A DNA stretch of 41,642 nucleotides from an uncultured Methanosarcinales archaeon (GTDB lineage: Archaea; Nanobdellota; Nanobdellia; Woesearchaeales; CAZOXR01), in contig CAZMIO010000010.1 of NCBI GenBank assembly GCA_964566535.1, positions 1-41,642 on the forward strand. Direction: 5' to 3'. Under the pieces are notes generated by a model. The model saw only the letters and a program-made list of their open reading frames with translations. It ran no database searches and was not told the origin of the DNA. The position numbers were made by a program, and so were the translations under genes. Below are positions 1-9,125 of the stretch, one piece after another. Each line of letters starts with the position of its first letter. Position 1 is the first letter of the stretch.

Positions 1-1
1 T

Positions 2-256
2 TCTGATGTTGAAGATGATCCAATGATGACGGAAGAGGGTGAAGAACTTGGTCCTACTATGGCTATTGGTTTACATGGAGGAGTTTCATATGAGCTTGCT
101 CCTGGAATTACAGTAGACTTAGTTGCAGCTGGTATGTTTGGTGGTGAACGTACTGATGGATCGTATACATCTTATAGTGGAAAGAGACAAACTAGATACG
201 ACAGTGACCTTATTGCTAGAATTGCTGCTGAATTCGGCGTTAAAGTTGAGTTTTAG
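2..256 (+). CDS. 5'-truncated hypothetical protein with beta-strand-like C-terminus ending in Phe
   Basis: Frame is open from the window edge. Alternating hydrophobic segments (GLHGGVSYEL, ITVDLVA, AAEFGVKVEF*). Confidence 0.6.
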   Translation, partial: SDVEDDPMMTEEGEELGPTMAIGLHGGVSYELAPGITVDLVAAGMFGGERTDGSYTSYSGKRQTRYDSDLIARIAAEFGVKVEF

Positions 257-412
257 GTAAATTTATTTTTTTCTTTTAATTTGTTTTAATATTAATTCTA
301 TTGAATATTATGATTACGTTAACAAAATTCGCAAACTTTATATATCATAACTTCATCCTTTTTGTATGGAGAGAGAAGAAATGGGAGTTACTGTCTTCTC
401 ATTGAAATAAGA

Positions 413-778
413 ATGGTTAAACGGAAATTAAAGTCAATAATGCCAAGTTTAAGAGAAAAGAAACGTTATCTGGCATTTGAAGTTATGTCGAAGAGCTCTA
501 TAAATGGGTCTCATGTATATGATGCTATCCATGTTTCTTTGATTGAATTAATGGGTAATATGGAATCTGCTAAATCTAATATGAAGTTTATTGAAGAAAA
601 ATGGGATTCTAATAAACAGAAAGGGATAATTAGAGTTAATCACAAATATGTTGATCATCTTAAGGCTTCTTTAGCTTTGATTGACAATATTAATAAAGAA
701 GAAGTTATAGTAAGATCATTAGGAGTAAGTGGGATATTGAAGAAGGCCACTAATAAGTATGTCAGAGAAGCTTCTTAG
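413..778 (+). CDS. rnp2: Ribonuclease P protein component 2 (Pop5/Rpp14)
   Basis: PSLREKKRYLAFEV, GIIRVNH and RSLGVSGILKK motifs; upstream of psmA; ATG at 413 preferred. Confidence 0.92.
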   Translation: MVKRKLKSIMPSLREKKRYLAFEVMSKSSINGSHVYDAIHVSLIELMGNMESAKSNMKFIEEKWDSNKQKGIIRVNHKYVDHLKASLALIDNINKEEVIVRSLGVSGILKKATNKYVREAS

Positions 779-793
779 CTTATCTGAACATGA

Positions 794-814
794 TCAAAAA
801 TCTTCGATTTTTGA
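794..814. repeat. Short palindromic element TCAAAAATC-TTC-GATTTTTGA
   Basis: Perfect 9-bp inverted repeat; same family as 7804-7822, 10057-10073, 22075-22240 and 23667-23897. Confidence 0.8.
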
Positions 815-853
815 CATATAGCTAGTTAAAAAGAAGAGAGGAGGAAAATTAAA

Positions 854-1615
854 ATGCAACAACCAATGCCACATCAATTAATGGGATATGATAGAGCAAT
901 TACTATGTTCAGTCCTGATGGAAGACTGTTACAAGTTGAGTATGCAAAGAAAACAGTTAGACAAGGTTCTACTGCAATCGGATTTGCATGCAGTGATGGT
1001 GTACTATTAGTTACTGACAAAAGGATAGTTGATAGTTTAGTGGTTCCTGCTTCTGTTGAGAAGATTTTTCAGATAGATGATCATATTGGAGCATCTGCTT
1101 CAGGAATTTTGTCTGATGCTAGAGTTCTTATTGAAAGAGCTCAAGTTAAGGCACAACAACACAGAGTTACTTATGACAGTCCTATTGATACATTAACAGT
1201 TGTTAAGGATATATGCGATTTGAAACAAGTATGCACTCAATCTGGTGGGTTAAGACCTTTTGGAGTTTCAATTTTAGTTGCTGGTGTTGATAACGGCACT
1301 CCAAAATTGTTTGAAACTGATCCTACTGGAATTTTCTTTCAGTATAAGGCTACAGTAATAGGTGAAGGAGAAGTTGAGGTTGAGGAGATGTTACATAAAG
1401 AGTATAACGAGAACATGACAATTGACGAATGTTTGAAGTTAGCGCTAAAGGCTCTTAAGAAGTTTTTGGGAGATAACTTTAGCATTGAGCGAATAGATTC
1501 AGCTTATATCAGAAAAGGAGAAAGGAAATTTAAGAAATTTACTCCTGACGAAATATCTAAAGTAGGTTCTGGTGTAAAAGTTCCTGCTGGTAAAAAAGAT
1601 AAAAAAAAGAAGTAA
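854..1615 (+). CDS. psmA: Proteasome subunit alpha
   Basis: GYDRAITMFSPDGRLLQVEYA signature; RPFGVS. Confidence 0.98.
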   Translation: MQQPMPHQLMGYDRAITMFSPDGRLLQVEYAKKTVRQGSTAIGFACSDGVLLVTDKRIVDSLVVPASVEKIFQIDDHIGASASGILSDARVLIERAQVKAQQHRVTYDSPIDTLTVVKDICDLKQVCTQSGGLRPFGVSILVAGVDNGTPKLFETDPTGIFFQYKATVIGEGEVEVEEMLHKEYNENMTIDECLKLALKALKKFLGDNFSIERIDSAYIRKGERKFKKFTPDEISKVGSGVKVPAGKKDKKKK

Positions 1616-1624
1616 AAAAACAAA

Positions 1625-2326
1625 ATGACAAATGTCGATGAAGCAAGCATCGCAAAATTAAAGACACATGGTCAAAATTTTGAGATACTTGTTGACTCAG
1701 ATGCGGCTATTGCGTTGAAGGGGGGGCAGGCTATCGATATAGCAGACGTACTTGCTGTTCAGACAATTTACTCAGATGCAAAAAAAGGGTTGGAAGCACC
1801 TGAGGCTTCGATGAATCAGGTGTTTAAAACATCTGATCCGTTAGAGGTTGCAAAGATAATCATCCAAAAGGGAGATGTTCCGTTAACAACAGAGTACAAA
1901 GAAAAATTAAGAGAGACAAAAAAGAGACAGATCATAGATATGATAAGGAGAAATGCGGTTGATCCTAAAACGCACATTCCTCATCCAGCTACAAGAATTG
2001 AAGCTGCATTAGAGGAGGCGAAGTTTAGGGTTGATGAGTTTACTCCGTTGCCTAAACAAGTTGAAGAGGCAATAAAAAGCTTGAGGCCAATATTGGCAAT
2101 TAAGTTTGAAGTGAAGGAAATTGCTGTTAAAATCCCTGGGGATTTTGCGGCTAAATCATATTCAGTTTTAGCAAAGTTCGGAAAAAAATTGAGAGAAGAG
2201 TGGCAGAAAGACGGCAGCTATGTTGCAGTACTGGAAATGCCTGGTGGTCTTGAAGAAGACTTTCACACCCAGATGAATGCATTATGCCATGGAGATTGTG
2301 AAACAAAAGTATTGAAAACGAAGTGA
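1625..2326 (+). CDS. sdo1: Ribosome maturation protein SBDS/Sdo1
   Basis: NFEILVD, IYSDAKKG, PHPATRIEAAL; canonical position between psmA and rrp4. Confidence 0.95.
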   Translation: MTNVDEASIAKLKTHGQNFEILVDSDAAIALKGGQAIDIADVLAVQTIYSDAKKGLEAPEASMNQVFKTSDPLEVAKIIIQKGDVPLTTEYKEKLRETKKRQIIDMIRRNAVDPKTHIPHPATRIEAALEEAKFRVDEFTPLPKQVEEAIKSLRPILAIKFEVKEIAVKIPGDFAAKSYSVLAKFGKKLREEWQKDGSYVAVLEMPGGLEEDFHTQMNALCHGDCETKVLKTK

Positions 2327-2362
2327 AACTAAAGATTTACATTCGTCATAGGAGGTTATGAA

Positions 2363-3055
2363 ATGACAAACGAAGTATTAGTAAAAGACAAGGACATTGT
2401 TGTTCCTGGGGAATTATTAGCCGAAGGTATGGGCAATCTTCCTGGACAAGGTACGTATAGAGATGGAGAAAAGATTCTTGCAGCAAGGTTAGGATTAGTT
2501 CAAGTAGATGGAAGAACTATAAAGCTTAAACAATTAGCTGGAAGATATTTGCCTAAAACAGGAGATACAATAATCTGTAAGGTTTTTGAGGTTAATTTTA
2601 GTGGTTGGAGAGTTGAGACAAATTCTGCTTATCCTGCTATGTTATCGCTTAAAGATGCTACATCTAGCTTTATTCAGAGAGGAGCAGATCTTACACAATT
2701 TTATGATATTGGAGACAATGTTGTGTGTCAGGTAACAAATGTGACTTCTCAGAACTTAGTGGATGTTTCAATGAAGGGCCCTGGCCTTAGGAAGCTTGCT
2801 GGTGGTAGAATAATTGAAGTTAACACAAACAAAGTGCCTAGGATAATTGGGAAACAAGGCTCAATGATTCAAATGATTAAGGAAGCTACAAAATGTAATA
2901 TCACTGTTGGTCAGAACGGATTAGTTTGGATTGATGGAGATATTGATGGTGAGATAGTTGCTGTTGATGTGATTAAGAAAATAGAAGAAGAAGCACATCA
3001 GAGTGGACTTACTGACAGGATAAAAGAGTATTTATCAAAGGTCAAGGTGAAATAA
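2363..3055 (+). CDS. rrp4: Exosome RNA-binding subunit Rrp4 (S1+KH)
   Basis: IVVPGELL, KVPRIIGKQGSM (KH), GQNGLVWI. Confidence 0.96.
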   Translation: MTNEVLVKDKDIVVPGELLAEGMGNLPGQGTYRDGEKILAARLGLVQVDGRTIKLKQLAGRYLPKTGDTIICKVFEVNFSGWRVETNSAYPAMLSLKDATSSFIQRGADLTQFYDIGDNVVCQVTNVTSQNLVDVSMKGPGLRKLAGGRIIEVNTNKVPRIIGKQGSMIQMIKEATKCNITVGQNGLVWIDGDIDGEIVAVDVIKKIEEEAHQSGLTDRIKEYLSKVKVK

Positions 3056-3056
3056 A

Positions 3057-3770
3057 ATGGGTTATGATAAAAGAATAGACGATAGGAAAGTTGATGAGTA
3101 CAGAAAGGTTGAAGCTAAAGTTGGCGTGATAAAACGTGCTGATGGTTCTGCGTATTTTAAGATAGGAAATACGTGGGCTTATGCTGCTGTATATGGACCA
3201 AGGAATTTGTACCCTAAGTTCTTACAGAATCCTGAGAAAGGAATTTTGAGATGTCATTATAACATGATGCCTTTTTCATCTGGTGGAGACAGAGTAAGAC
3301 CAGGTGGATCAAGAAGGTCTAAGGAGATCTCGATGGTTACTAAGAATTCGTTGTTGCCGGTTTTGGACTTGAGTGAGTATCCAAATTCAGTTGTTGATGT
3401 TTTTATTGAACTGCCACAAACAGAGGCTGGTTCAAGATGTGCAGGTATAACTGCAGCTTCAATGGCTCTGGCAGATGCAGGATTACTTATGAAGGATTTA
3501 ATTTCTTCAGTATCTGTTGGAAGGGTTGATGACAAATTAGTTGTTGATTTAGATTATTATGAGGAGTCATATCCTGACGGGCCAGTTGCTGATGTTCCAT
3601 TGGCAATAATGCCAGGTACAGGTGAGATAACTTTACTTCAGATGGATGGAGAAGTTGAGAAGGATGACCTTAAGAAGCTACTTGACTTAGGAAAGAAAGC
3701 TTGTATGGAAATCTATGAAGTTCAAAAAAAAGCTCTTAAAGAAAGATATGAGCAAAAACAGGGTCGATAA
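3057..3770 (+). CDS. rrp41: Exosome subunit Rrp41 (RNase PH-like)
   Basis: RADGSAY, AVYGPR, SRRSKEIS, AGSR, LLQMDG. Confidence 0.96.
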   Translation: MGYDKRIDDRKVDEYRKVEAKVGVIKRADGSAYFKIGNTWAYAAVYGPRNLYPKFLQNPEKGILRCHYNMMPFSSGGDRVRPGGSRRSKEISMVTKNSLLPVLDLSEYPNSVVDVFIELPQTEAGSRCAGITAASMALADAGLLMKDLISSVSVGRVDDKLVVDLDYYEESYPDGPVADVPLAIMPGTGEITLLQMDGEVEKDDLKKLLDLGKKACMEIYEVQKKALKERYEQKQGR

Positions 3771-3772
3771 AA

Positions 3773-4552
3773 ATGATGAACAAAAACTTATACGGACACA
3801 TTTTAAAGGTTCTTAAATCAGGAAAGAGATTTGATGGCAGAGGCCTTACTGATTATAGGAAGATTAGTGTTGAGACTGGTGTTACAAAAACAGCGGAAGG
3901 TTCAGCTTTGGTTAGAATTGGAGAAACTGAAGTTATGGCTGGAGTTAAGTTGGAAGTTAGTAAACCATATCCTGACACACCAGACAAAGGTACTATAATT
4001 GTTGGAGCTGAACTATTGCCCTTGTCAAGTCCAGAATTTGAAACTGGACCGCCTGGAATTAAGGCTATTGAATTAGCTAGGGTTGTTGATAGAGGAGTTA
4101 GGGAGAGTGGCTTTTTAGATTTTAAGAAGATGTGCATTGAGGAAGGAGAAAAAGTATGGACAGCCTTAATTGATGTTTGTAGTATGAATGATGCTGGTAA
4201 TCTTATGGATGCATGTTACTTAGCTGCTTTTGCTGCTTTGAAGGATGTTAGATTACCTAAGTTTGATGGAGAGAAGCTTGATTATAAGGAAAAGACTAGC
4301 AAGAAGTTGCCTTTGTCTGCAGATGATCCTATATCAGTAACTGTTGTTAAGATTGGGGAACATATTTTAATCGATCCTACAATTGAAGAAGGGAAGGTTA
4401 TTGATGCAAGGATTACAGTAAACTCCAAGAAGGATGGCACACTATGCGCGCTACAGAAAGGAGAAGAGACTCCTTTGATGCCTGAAGAGATTGTTGAGAT
4501 GGTTGATTTGGCTGTTGAAAAGTCAAAAGAGCTAAGGGGGGCCATAAAATGA
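3773..4552 (+). CDS. rrp42: Exosome subunit Rrp42
   Basis: RFDGRGLTDYR, AEGSA, FETGPP, ELARVVDRGVRES. Confidence 0.96.
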   Translation: MMNKNLYGHILKVLKSGKRFDGRGLTDYRKISVETGVTKTAEGSALVRIGETEVMAGVKLEVSKPYPDTPDKGTIIVGAELLPLSSPEFETGPPGIKAIELARVVDRGVRESGFLDFKKMCIEEGEKVWTALIDVCSMNDAGNLMDACYLAAFAALKDVRLPKFDGEKLDYKEKTSKKLPLSADDPISVTVVKIGEHILIDPTIEEGKVIDARITVNSKKDGTLCALQKGEETPLMPEEIVEMVDLAVEKSKELRGAIK

Positions 4553-4767
4553 GCGAAGAAGTATACTCTAAGTTTGAGAAAGCGCGGATAATTGGTGCAA
4601 GGTCATTGCAGATTTCAATGGGCGCTCCTTTTATGATTAAGCTTGATGATAAGGATTTGAAGAATATTAAGTATAATCCAGTTGAGATTGCTAAACTTGA
4701 GTTTAAGGAAGGAATCGTTCCTATAACTGTTAAAAGGCCAATGCCTGGAAAGAGTAAAGAAAAGTAA
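4549..4767 (+). CDS. rpoK: DNA-directed RNA polymerase subunit K (Rpo6)
   Basis: FEKARIIGARSLQISMGAP signature. Confidence 0.96.
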   Translation: MSEEVYSKFEKARIIGARSLQISMGAPFMIKLDDKDLKNIKYNPVEIAKLEFKEGIVPITVKRPMPGKSKEK

Positions 4768-4775
4768 TTTTAACG

Positions 4776-5063
4776 ATGAATAAGATCACTGATGAGAAGC
4801 TTGATAAATATTTCTCTGTTACAGGTAGAGCTTTGAAGAAGGTTAAGATTACTAGATCTGGGAAGATTGATTGGGTTGCTTCTGCTGAAGATTTCTTAGA
4901 TATGGCGACTAGATACTATAAAGATGCTGAGTATTACAAAGAGAAAGGCGATATTGTAACTGCTTTTGCTTCTCTTAATTATGCTCATGGTTGGTTGGAT
5001 GCTGGTGCTAGGTTAGGTTTGTTTGATGTTGGTGGGGATAATAAGTTGTTTACTGTTGATTAG
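4776..5063 (+). CDS. DUF357 family protein
   Basis: YYKDAEYY...AFASLNYAHGWLDAGARLGLFDV. Confidence 0.9.
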   Translation: MNKITDEKLDKYFSVTGRALKKVKITRSGKIDWVASAEDFLDMATRYYKDAEYYKEKGDIVTAFASLNYAHGWLDAGARLGLFDVGGDNKLFTVD

Positions 5064-5171
5064 AATTCTAGATTTTCTTAATACGATTTAGTTTTGTTTT
5101 TCCTTATAAACCGAAACATTACTCACTACGTTCGTAACTTTCTATTTCTCGTTCCTCCAAATCGAAAGCTT

Positions 5172-5196
5172 TATATAGTGTATTAGCCACTATATA
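5172..5196. promoter_or_regulatory. Inverted repeat TATATAGTG-N7-CACTATATA overlapping the TATA box of the 5216 gene (candidate operator)
   Basis: Perfect 9-bp arms; preceded by a BRE-like CGAAAG and TTTATATA. Confidence 0.55.
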
Positions 5197-5215
5197 GTAG
5201 TAATAATTAGGTAAA

Positions 5216-6262
5216 ATGGCAAGCGATAATTTATACAGGCCAGTGGCACAGGATAAGGTAGATGCAGCTATAATTGCCAGAGATACGCTTATGACTGAAG
5301 AGGCATGGCATAATACTTATGACTTGTGTATGGCGGATAAGGAGCTGCCATGGGAGACTTCTGATGATAATGCGATTCAGCCGGCAATTTCTATGGTTCC
5401 TCCGAACCATACAATTGGTTATTTAGAGGAAGCTGTTGATCATTATGTTAGAGAGGGTTCAGCGGATAAATATGTTAAGGATGAGGTTGTAGATGGGCAT
5501 TTTAATGATGTTGGGAAGATGAGGTCTCATGTTGAGGAAGTGAGACAAGCTGTTGGTAATTATTTAACTTCTAGTGACTTTGAGAATGCTGATGCTTTTA
5601 TGAGGGGTAAAGGTTATGAACCGGTGACTGAGATCAACTTTTTCGGATACGGGTTTATGGAAGATGAAGCAGTTGCTGGTGTTAACAGTGAAACTGGTTT
5701 GTTTGTGTTTAATAAAGATTTTGCTGCTAAGATTGCTGCTGAGATGGAGAAGTATCATAAGCAAGGAGTTTACATTACATTTGAGGAGATGATTGAGGCT
5801 ACAGTTGAGCATGAGTTAGTTGTTCATCTGTATGGTGTTAAGAGCGAAAAGAAGTTAGAGGCATTGCTTATTGAGTTTTATGAGAAGCACGGAGATAGAG
5901 ATAATCCAAAGTATGAAAGGAAAAGGAAAGTTTCTGAAGATAGGCTTAGTAGGGTGGATGAACTTTATTCACCTAGTGAACGGATGAGTTTGGAGAGTGT
6001 GGTTGAAGAGTATAGGGCAGCTGCTGAAGAATTGGGTTTAGAAGGTAAGGATGCTGATAATTATATTGCTAAGAAGGTTGGAGAATATAAAGGTAAGAGA
6101 GGAAAGAGTAAAATGAAATCAAGTTATAAAACTAACAGTGATGGAGGTAAGGACAATGATGGAGCGGAAACTACTGCAGATAGTGCGGACGCTGGCGAGG
6201 ATGGTGCTGGTGAAGAGGAAGATTCGGAAGGAGGAGAAGGTGGAGATGATGGTGAGGAGTAA
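5216..6262 (+). CDS. Hypothetical protein with HELVVH (HExxxH-like) motif and basic-then-acidic tail
   Basis: 348-aa ORF with its own promoter; D/E/G-rich C-terminus. Confidence 0.7.
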   Translation: MASDNLYRPVAQDKVDAAIIARDTLMTEEAWHNTYDLCMADKELPWETSDDNAIQPAISMVPPNHTIGYLEEAVDHYVREGSADKYVKDEVVDGHFNDVGKMRSHVEEVRQAVGNYLTSSDFENADAFMRGKGYEPVTEINFFGYGFMEDEAVAGVNSETGLFVFNKDFAAKIAAEMEKYHKQGVYITFEEMIEATVEHELVVHLYGVKSEKKLEALLIEFYEKHGDRDNPKYERKRKVSEDRLSRVDELYSPSERMSLESVVEEYRAAAEELGLEGKDADNYIAKKVGEYKGKRGKSKMKSSYKTNSDGGKDNDGAETTADSADAGEDGAGEEEDSEGGEGGDDGEE

Positions 6263-6386
6263 GTGAACTATGTTTATTTTGAATTATAGTTATTTTGTTA
6301 TTACTTCTTAGAAATTATAGTGGTAAGGTTTTTAAATCCTTCTGAATAGATAAAAGCTTAAATATTAGTTTTACTTTAGTTCTTTT

Positions 6387-7256
6387 ATGAGCTTTATTAG
6401 TAAGAAAGATTTGAAGTTGGTTAAAAGGGATCCTAAAGGACATAAAGGTGATAATGGTCGTGTTCTTGTTATTGGTGGATCTCGGGATTATGTTGGAGCT
6501 TTAGTTCTTGCTGGGCTTGCTGCTTTGCGTTGCGGTGTTGATTGGGTTACTGTTGCTGCACCTTCTAAGGTTGGTTGGGCTGTTAGTGCACTTTCTGCTG
6601 ATTTGGTAGTTAAGAAGTATAAAGGTGAAGAGTTTAATGTTTCTCAGGCAAAAGATGTTTTGAAGTTTTCTTCTGGTTTTGATGCAGTTTTGATTGGTAA
6701 TGGGATTGGGATTAAATCTAAATCTTTTGTTAAGAAGTTTGTTAAAAAGAATAAAAAATTGATGGTTATTGATGCTGATGGGATTAAACCTGTTGGACTT
6801 AATGATGTTGATAATGTGATAATTACTCCTCATTTGAAGGAATTGGAGATGTTCTTAGAAAATTCTAAAATTGATGAAAAAATAATTAAAAAAATAACCA
6901 ATAAAAAATTACCAATAAATAAAAAATCAATAATTATTAGAAATATTTTGAAAAAATTAAATAAAAAAATTGTGGTGTTGTTGAAGGGACCTGTTGATGC
7001 TGTTATTTCTGGGGATAGGATTAAGTTGAATATGACTGGTAATGCCGGGATGACTAAGGCTGGGACTGGAGATGTTTTGGCTGGACTTTGTTTGGGATAT
7101 TTGGGGCAGACAGGGGATTTATTTCAGTCGGCTGTTAATGCTGCTTATATTAGTGGAGTGATTGGGGATATTTTGCTTAAGAAGAAAAAAGGGTTTAGTT
7201 ATATTGCTTCTGATATGGTTGAGGAGATTGAGAATATTAAGAAAAAATTAAATTAA
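6387..7256 (+). CDS. nnrD: ADP-dependent NAD(P)H-hydrate dehydratase (YjeF C-terminal domain)
   Basis: HKGDNGRVLVIGGS, VIDADG, ITPHLKE, AGTGDVLAG. Confidence 0.93.
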   Translation: MSFISKKDLKLVKRDPKGHKGDNGRVLVIGGSRDYVGALVLAGLAALRCGVDWVTVAAPSKVGWAVSALSADLVVKKYKGEEFNVSQAKDVLKFSSGFDAVLIGNGIGIKSKSFVKKFVKKNKKLMVIDADGIKPVGLNDVDNVIITPHLKELEMFLENSKIDEKIIKKITNKKLPINKKSIIIRNILKKLNKKIVVLLKGPVDAVISGDRIKLNMTGNAGMTKAGTGDVLAGLCLGYLGQTGDLFQSAVNAAYISGVIGDILLKKKKGFSYIASDMVEEIENIKKKLN

Positions 7257-7774
7257 CCTTTCTGCATTGGAGCAGTAGGACGCGCTTCAACAGCTTTTGG
7301 AGCTGATGCTTGTTTTGGAGCGTGAACTTTTGGTTTTTCTTTTTGAATCTCTTTTAATTCTTCTTTTTGAACTTCTTTTGCTTTTTCTTGTTTTTCGTCT
7401 TTTGGTTTTTCTGTTTTTTCTTCGATTTTTGCCTCCGGTGTTGTTTCTTTCTTCTTTCCTTTCTTATCTTCCTTTGGCTTTTCTACTGGTGCTCCTACGA
7501 TTTCAACTCTTGTTACATCTTTGTCGTCTTTTTTACACTCAACTTTAACGTGATGAGGGGGATTTTTTATTCCGTGTTTCCATAATTCTAAGTTTAGGTA
7601 CTTTCCTAATCTGACATCATCTGATTTCATGTGTTTGGAAATGAATTTTTTTACAGCTGAAACTGCTTTTTTTGTCCTGTTCCATTTAGGAGCTTTAAGG
7701 AACTCCCTTCTAAGTGGGACATTATAGGTTCTTTCCAATACAATTTTTTTCTCTTCTTTCTTTTTGTCAGCCAT
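7253..7774 (-). CDS. rpl31e: 50S ribosomal protein L31e with K/E-rich extension
   Basis: ERTYNVPLR, RTKKAV, LNLELWKHGIKNPP. Confidence 0.96.
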   Translation of the reverse strand: MADKKKEEKKIVLERTYNVPLRREFLKAPKWNRTKKAVSAVKKFISKHMKSDDVRLGKYLNLELWKHGIKNPPHHVKVECKKDDKDVTRVEIVGAPVEKPKEDKKGKKKETTPEAKIEEKTEKPKDEKQEKAKEVQKEELKEIQKEKPKVHAPKQASAPKAVEARPTAPMQKG

Positions 7775-7826
7775 GCTTAAAAATCTCCTTGATTTTTTGC
7801 ACCCAGAAATCTTCGATTTCTGTGGT
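7775..7826. repeat. Pair of palindromic elements between rpl39e and rpl31e
   Basis: AAAAATC-TCCTT-GATTTTT and CAGAAATC-TTC-GATTTCTG (7804-7822). Confidence 0.75.
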
Positions 7827-7833
7827 TTTTTAA

Positions 7834-8007
7834 TTATGCTTTAGTATTACTTCTTCTCCAGCTTCTCTTTACTGAAGTATGTCTACCCGGATGGACTCTT
7901 CTAGTTTTGCCGTATATCTTTGGAACTGTCCAAAAAGGGGCCCACCTAGTTTGTCTTCCTCTCTTCACTAGTCTTTGTTTTCGACTTGGGTGTATGTATC
8001 GTGCCAT
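7834..8007 (-). CDS. rpl39e: 50S ribosomal protein L39e (not in the ORF track)
   Basis: Manual translation MARYIHPSRKQRLVKRGRQTRWAPFWTVPKIYGKTRRVHPGRHTSVKRSWRRSNTKA; canonical position upstream of L31e. Confidence 0.9.
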   Translation of the reverse strand: MARYIHPSRKQRLVKRGRQTRWAPFWTVPKIYGKTRRVHPGRHTSVKRSWRRSNTKA

Positions 8008-8008
8008 T

Positions 8009-8326
8009 TTATTTTCTTGTTATCTTGAATTCTTTCTTTTCTGGTGTTAATCTTGTCAATAATTCTTTGAATTGTGTATCGTCAATCTTTGTTATTTGAC
8101 CTGAACTTATTGCCTGGCCTAAAATTGCCAACACTTGAACTGCTTTGTCTGGATGGGCAGTTTTTAAGTTGCCGTATCTTTCCAATGCTTCTTTTGTGAA
8201 TGCTTGTTTGACAATTCCTTCGAGTTGGTGAATTTGTTGTTGAACTTCTTCGTCTTGCTGGCCTGATCCTTGTTGTTGTTTTAGTTCTTCCAGCTTTCTT
8301 TTTTTTATTTCCTCTAACTCATCCAT
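8009..8326 (-). CDS. PDCD5/TFAR19-like DNA-binding protein
   Basis: MDELEEIKKRKLEEL, EALERYGNLKTAHPDKA, ITDD-like IDD; canonical neighbour of S19e. Confidence 0.92.
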   Translation of the reverse strand: MDELEEIKKRKLEELKQQQGSGQQDEEVQQQIHQLEGIVKQAFTKEALERYGNLKTAHPDKAVQVLAILGQAISSGQITKIDDTQFKELLTRLTPEKKEFKITRK

Positions 8327-8327
8327 T

Positions 8328-9005
8328 TTACTGTTTTTCTTCTGCCTTTTTTGCTTCTTTCTCAACTGGTTTAGCTTGAGGTTGTGATTCCTTTTTTACT
8401 TCTGGTCTTTGAGAAGATTTGGTCTTCTCTAACCCTTTCTCGTTTTCACTCGAAAGTTTTTGAGGAACCTTTGGCTTTTCTGATCCCTTTTCGTTTTCAC
8501 TTGAAGGTTTTTTTGGAGCCGCCTTTTTTACTTCTGGCTTTTTCTCTTCCACCTTAGGCTCTTCTTTCTTTACTGGTCTGCCTTTAACTATTTTTGTAGC
8601 TATTTTGTCTAATAATGATTTTCCTTTTGGTGATATTAATCGTCCTCTTCTAAGTGATTTAACATCTTTTTTTAGTAATTCTGCCTTTTCAAGTTGTTGA
8701 AGGACTTTTCTTATGATATTACCAGATGCTTTGTAGAAGTGGTGTTTTTTATGACCTCTGTTAGCTTTTCCGCCATAATGTTTTCTTAATTTAGAAACTC
8801 CAATTGGACCTACTCTGTAAGCTTTTCTTAGAATTGAGGCTGCTCTAAAGTACCACCAGTCCTCATCTACTGGAGGCCTTTCTTTGTGCATACCAGTTTT
8901 AACATAACTAGCCCATTCTGGGGGCTTTAGGTGCTCAATTTTCTTTAGCTCTTCAGCTGCTAGTTCTATTAGTTCGCTTGGATCTACGTCGTATATGTTT
9001 GCCAT
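8328..9005 (-). CDS. rps19e: 30S ribosomal protein S19e with C-terminal extension
   Basis: PPEWASYVKTGMHKERPP, DWWYFRAASILRK, SGNIIRKVLQQLE. Confidence 0.97.
   Translation of the reverse strand: MANIYDVDPSELIELAAEELKKIEHLKPPEWASYVKTGMHKERPPVDEDWWYFRAASILRKAYRVGPIGVSKLRKHYGGKANRGHKKHHFYKASGNIIRKVLQQLEKAELLKKDVKSLRRGRLISPKGKSLLDKIATKIVKGRPVKKEEPKVEEKKPEVKKAAPKKPSSENEKGSEKPKVPQKLSSENEKGLEKTKSSQRPEVKKESQPQAKPVEKEAKKAEEKQ
8408..8509. repeat. 51-bp (17-aa) tandem duplication in the S19e tail
   Basis: SSENEKGSEKPKVPQKL / SSENEKGLEKTKSSQRP; contains the GAGAAGA-N5-TCTTCTC hairpin. Confidence 0.8.
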
Positions 9006-9125
9006 TTTTATCGTGATTTACTGTATATTAGTTCGTGCCTTGCGGCACTAGATTTGCTAAATTGAATTAGCTTGTGTATTGGGTATAAGGTAGCATTTAT
9101 AAATCTTTCTTTGTTTCTTGGTTGG

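Noticed and set aside
5216..6262. Zincin metallopeptidase call
   Set aside because: The motif is HELVVH rather than HExxH, with no other supporting features, so it is left as hypothetical.
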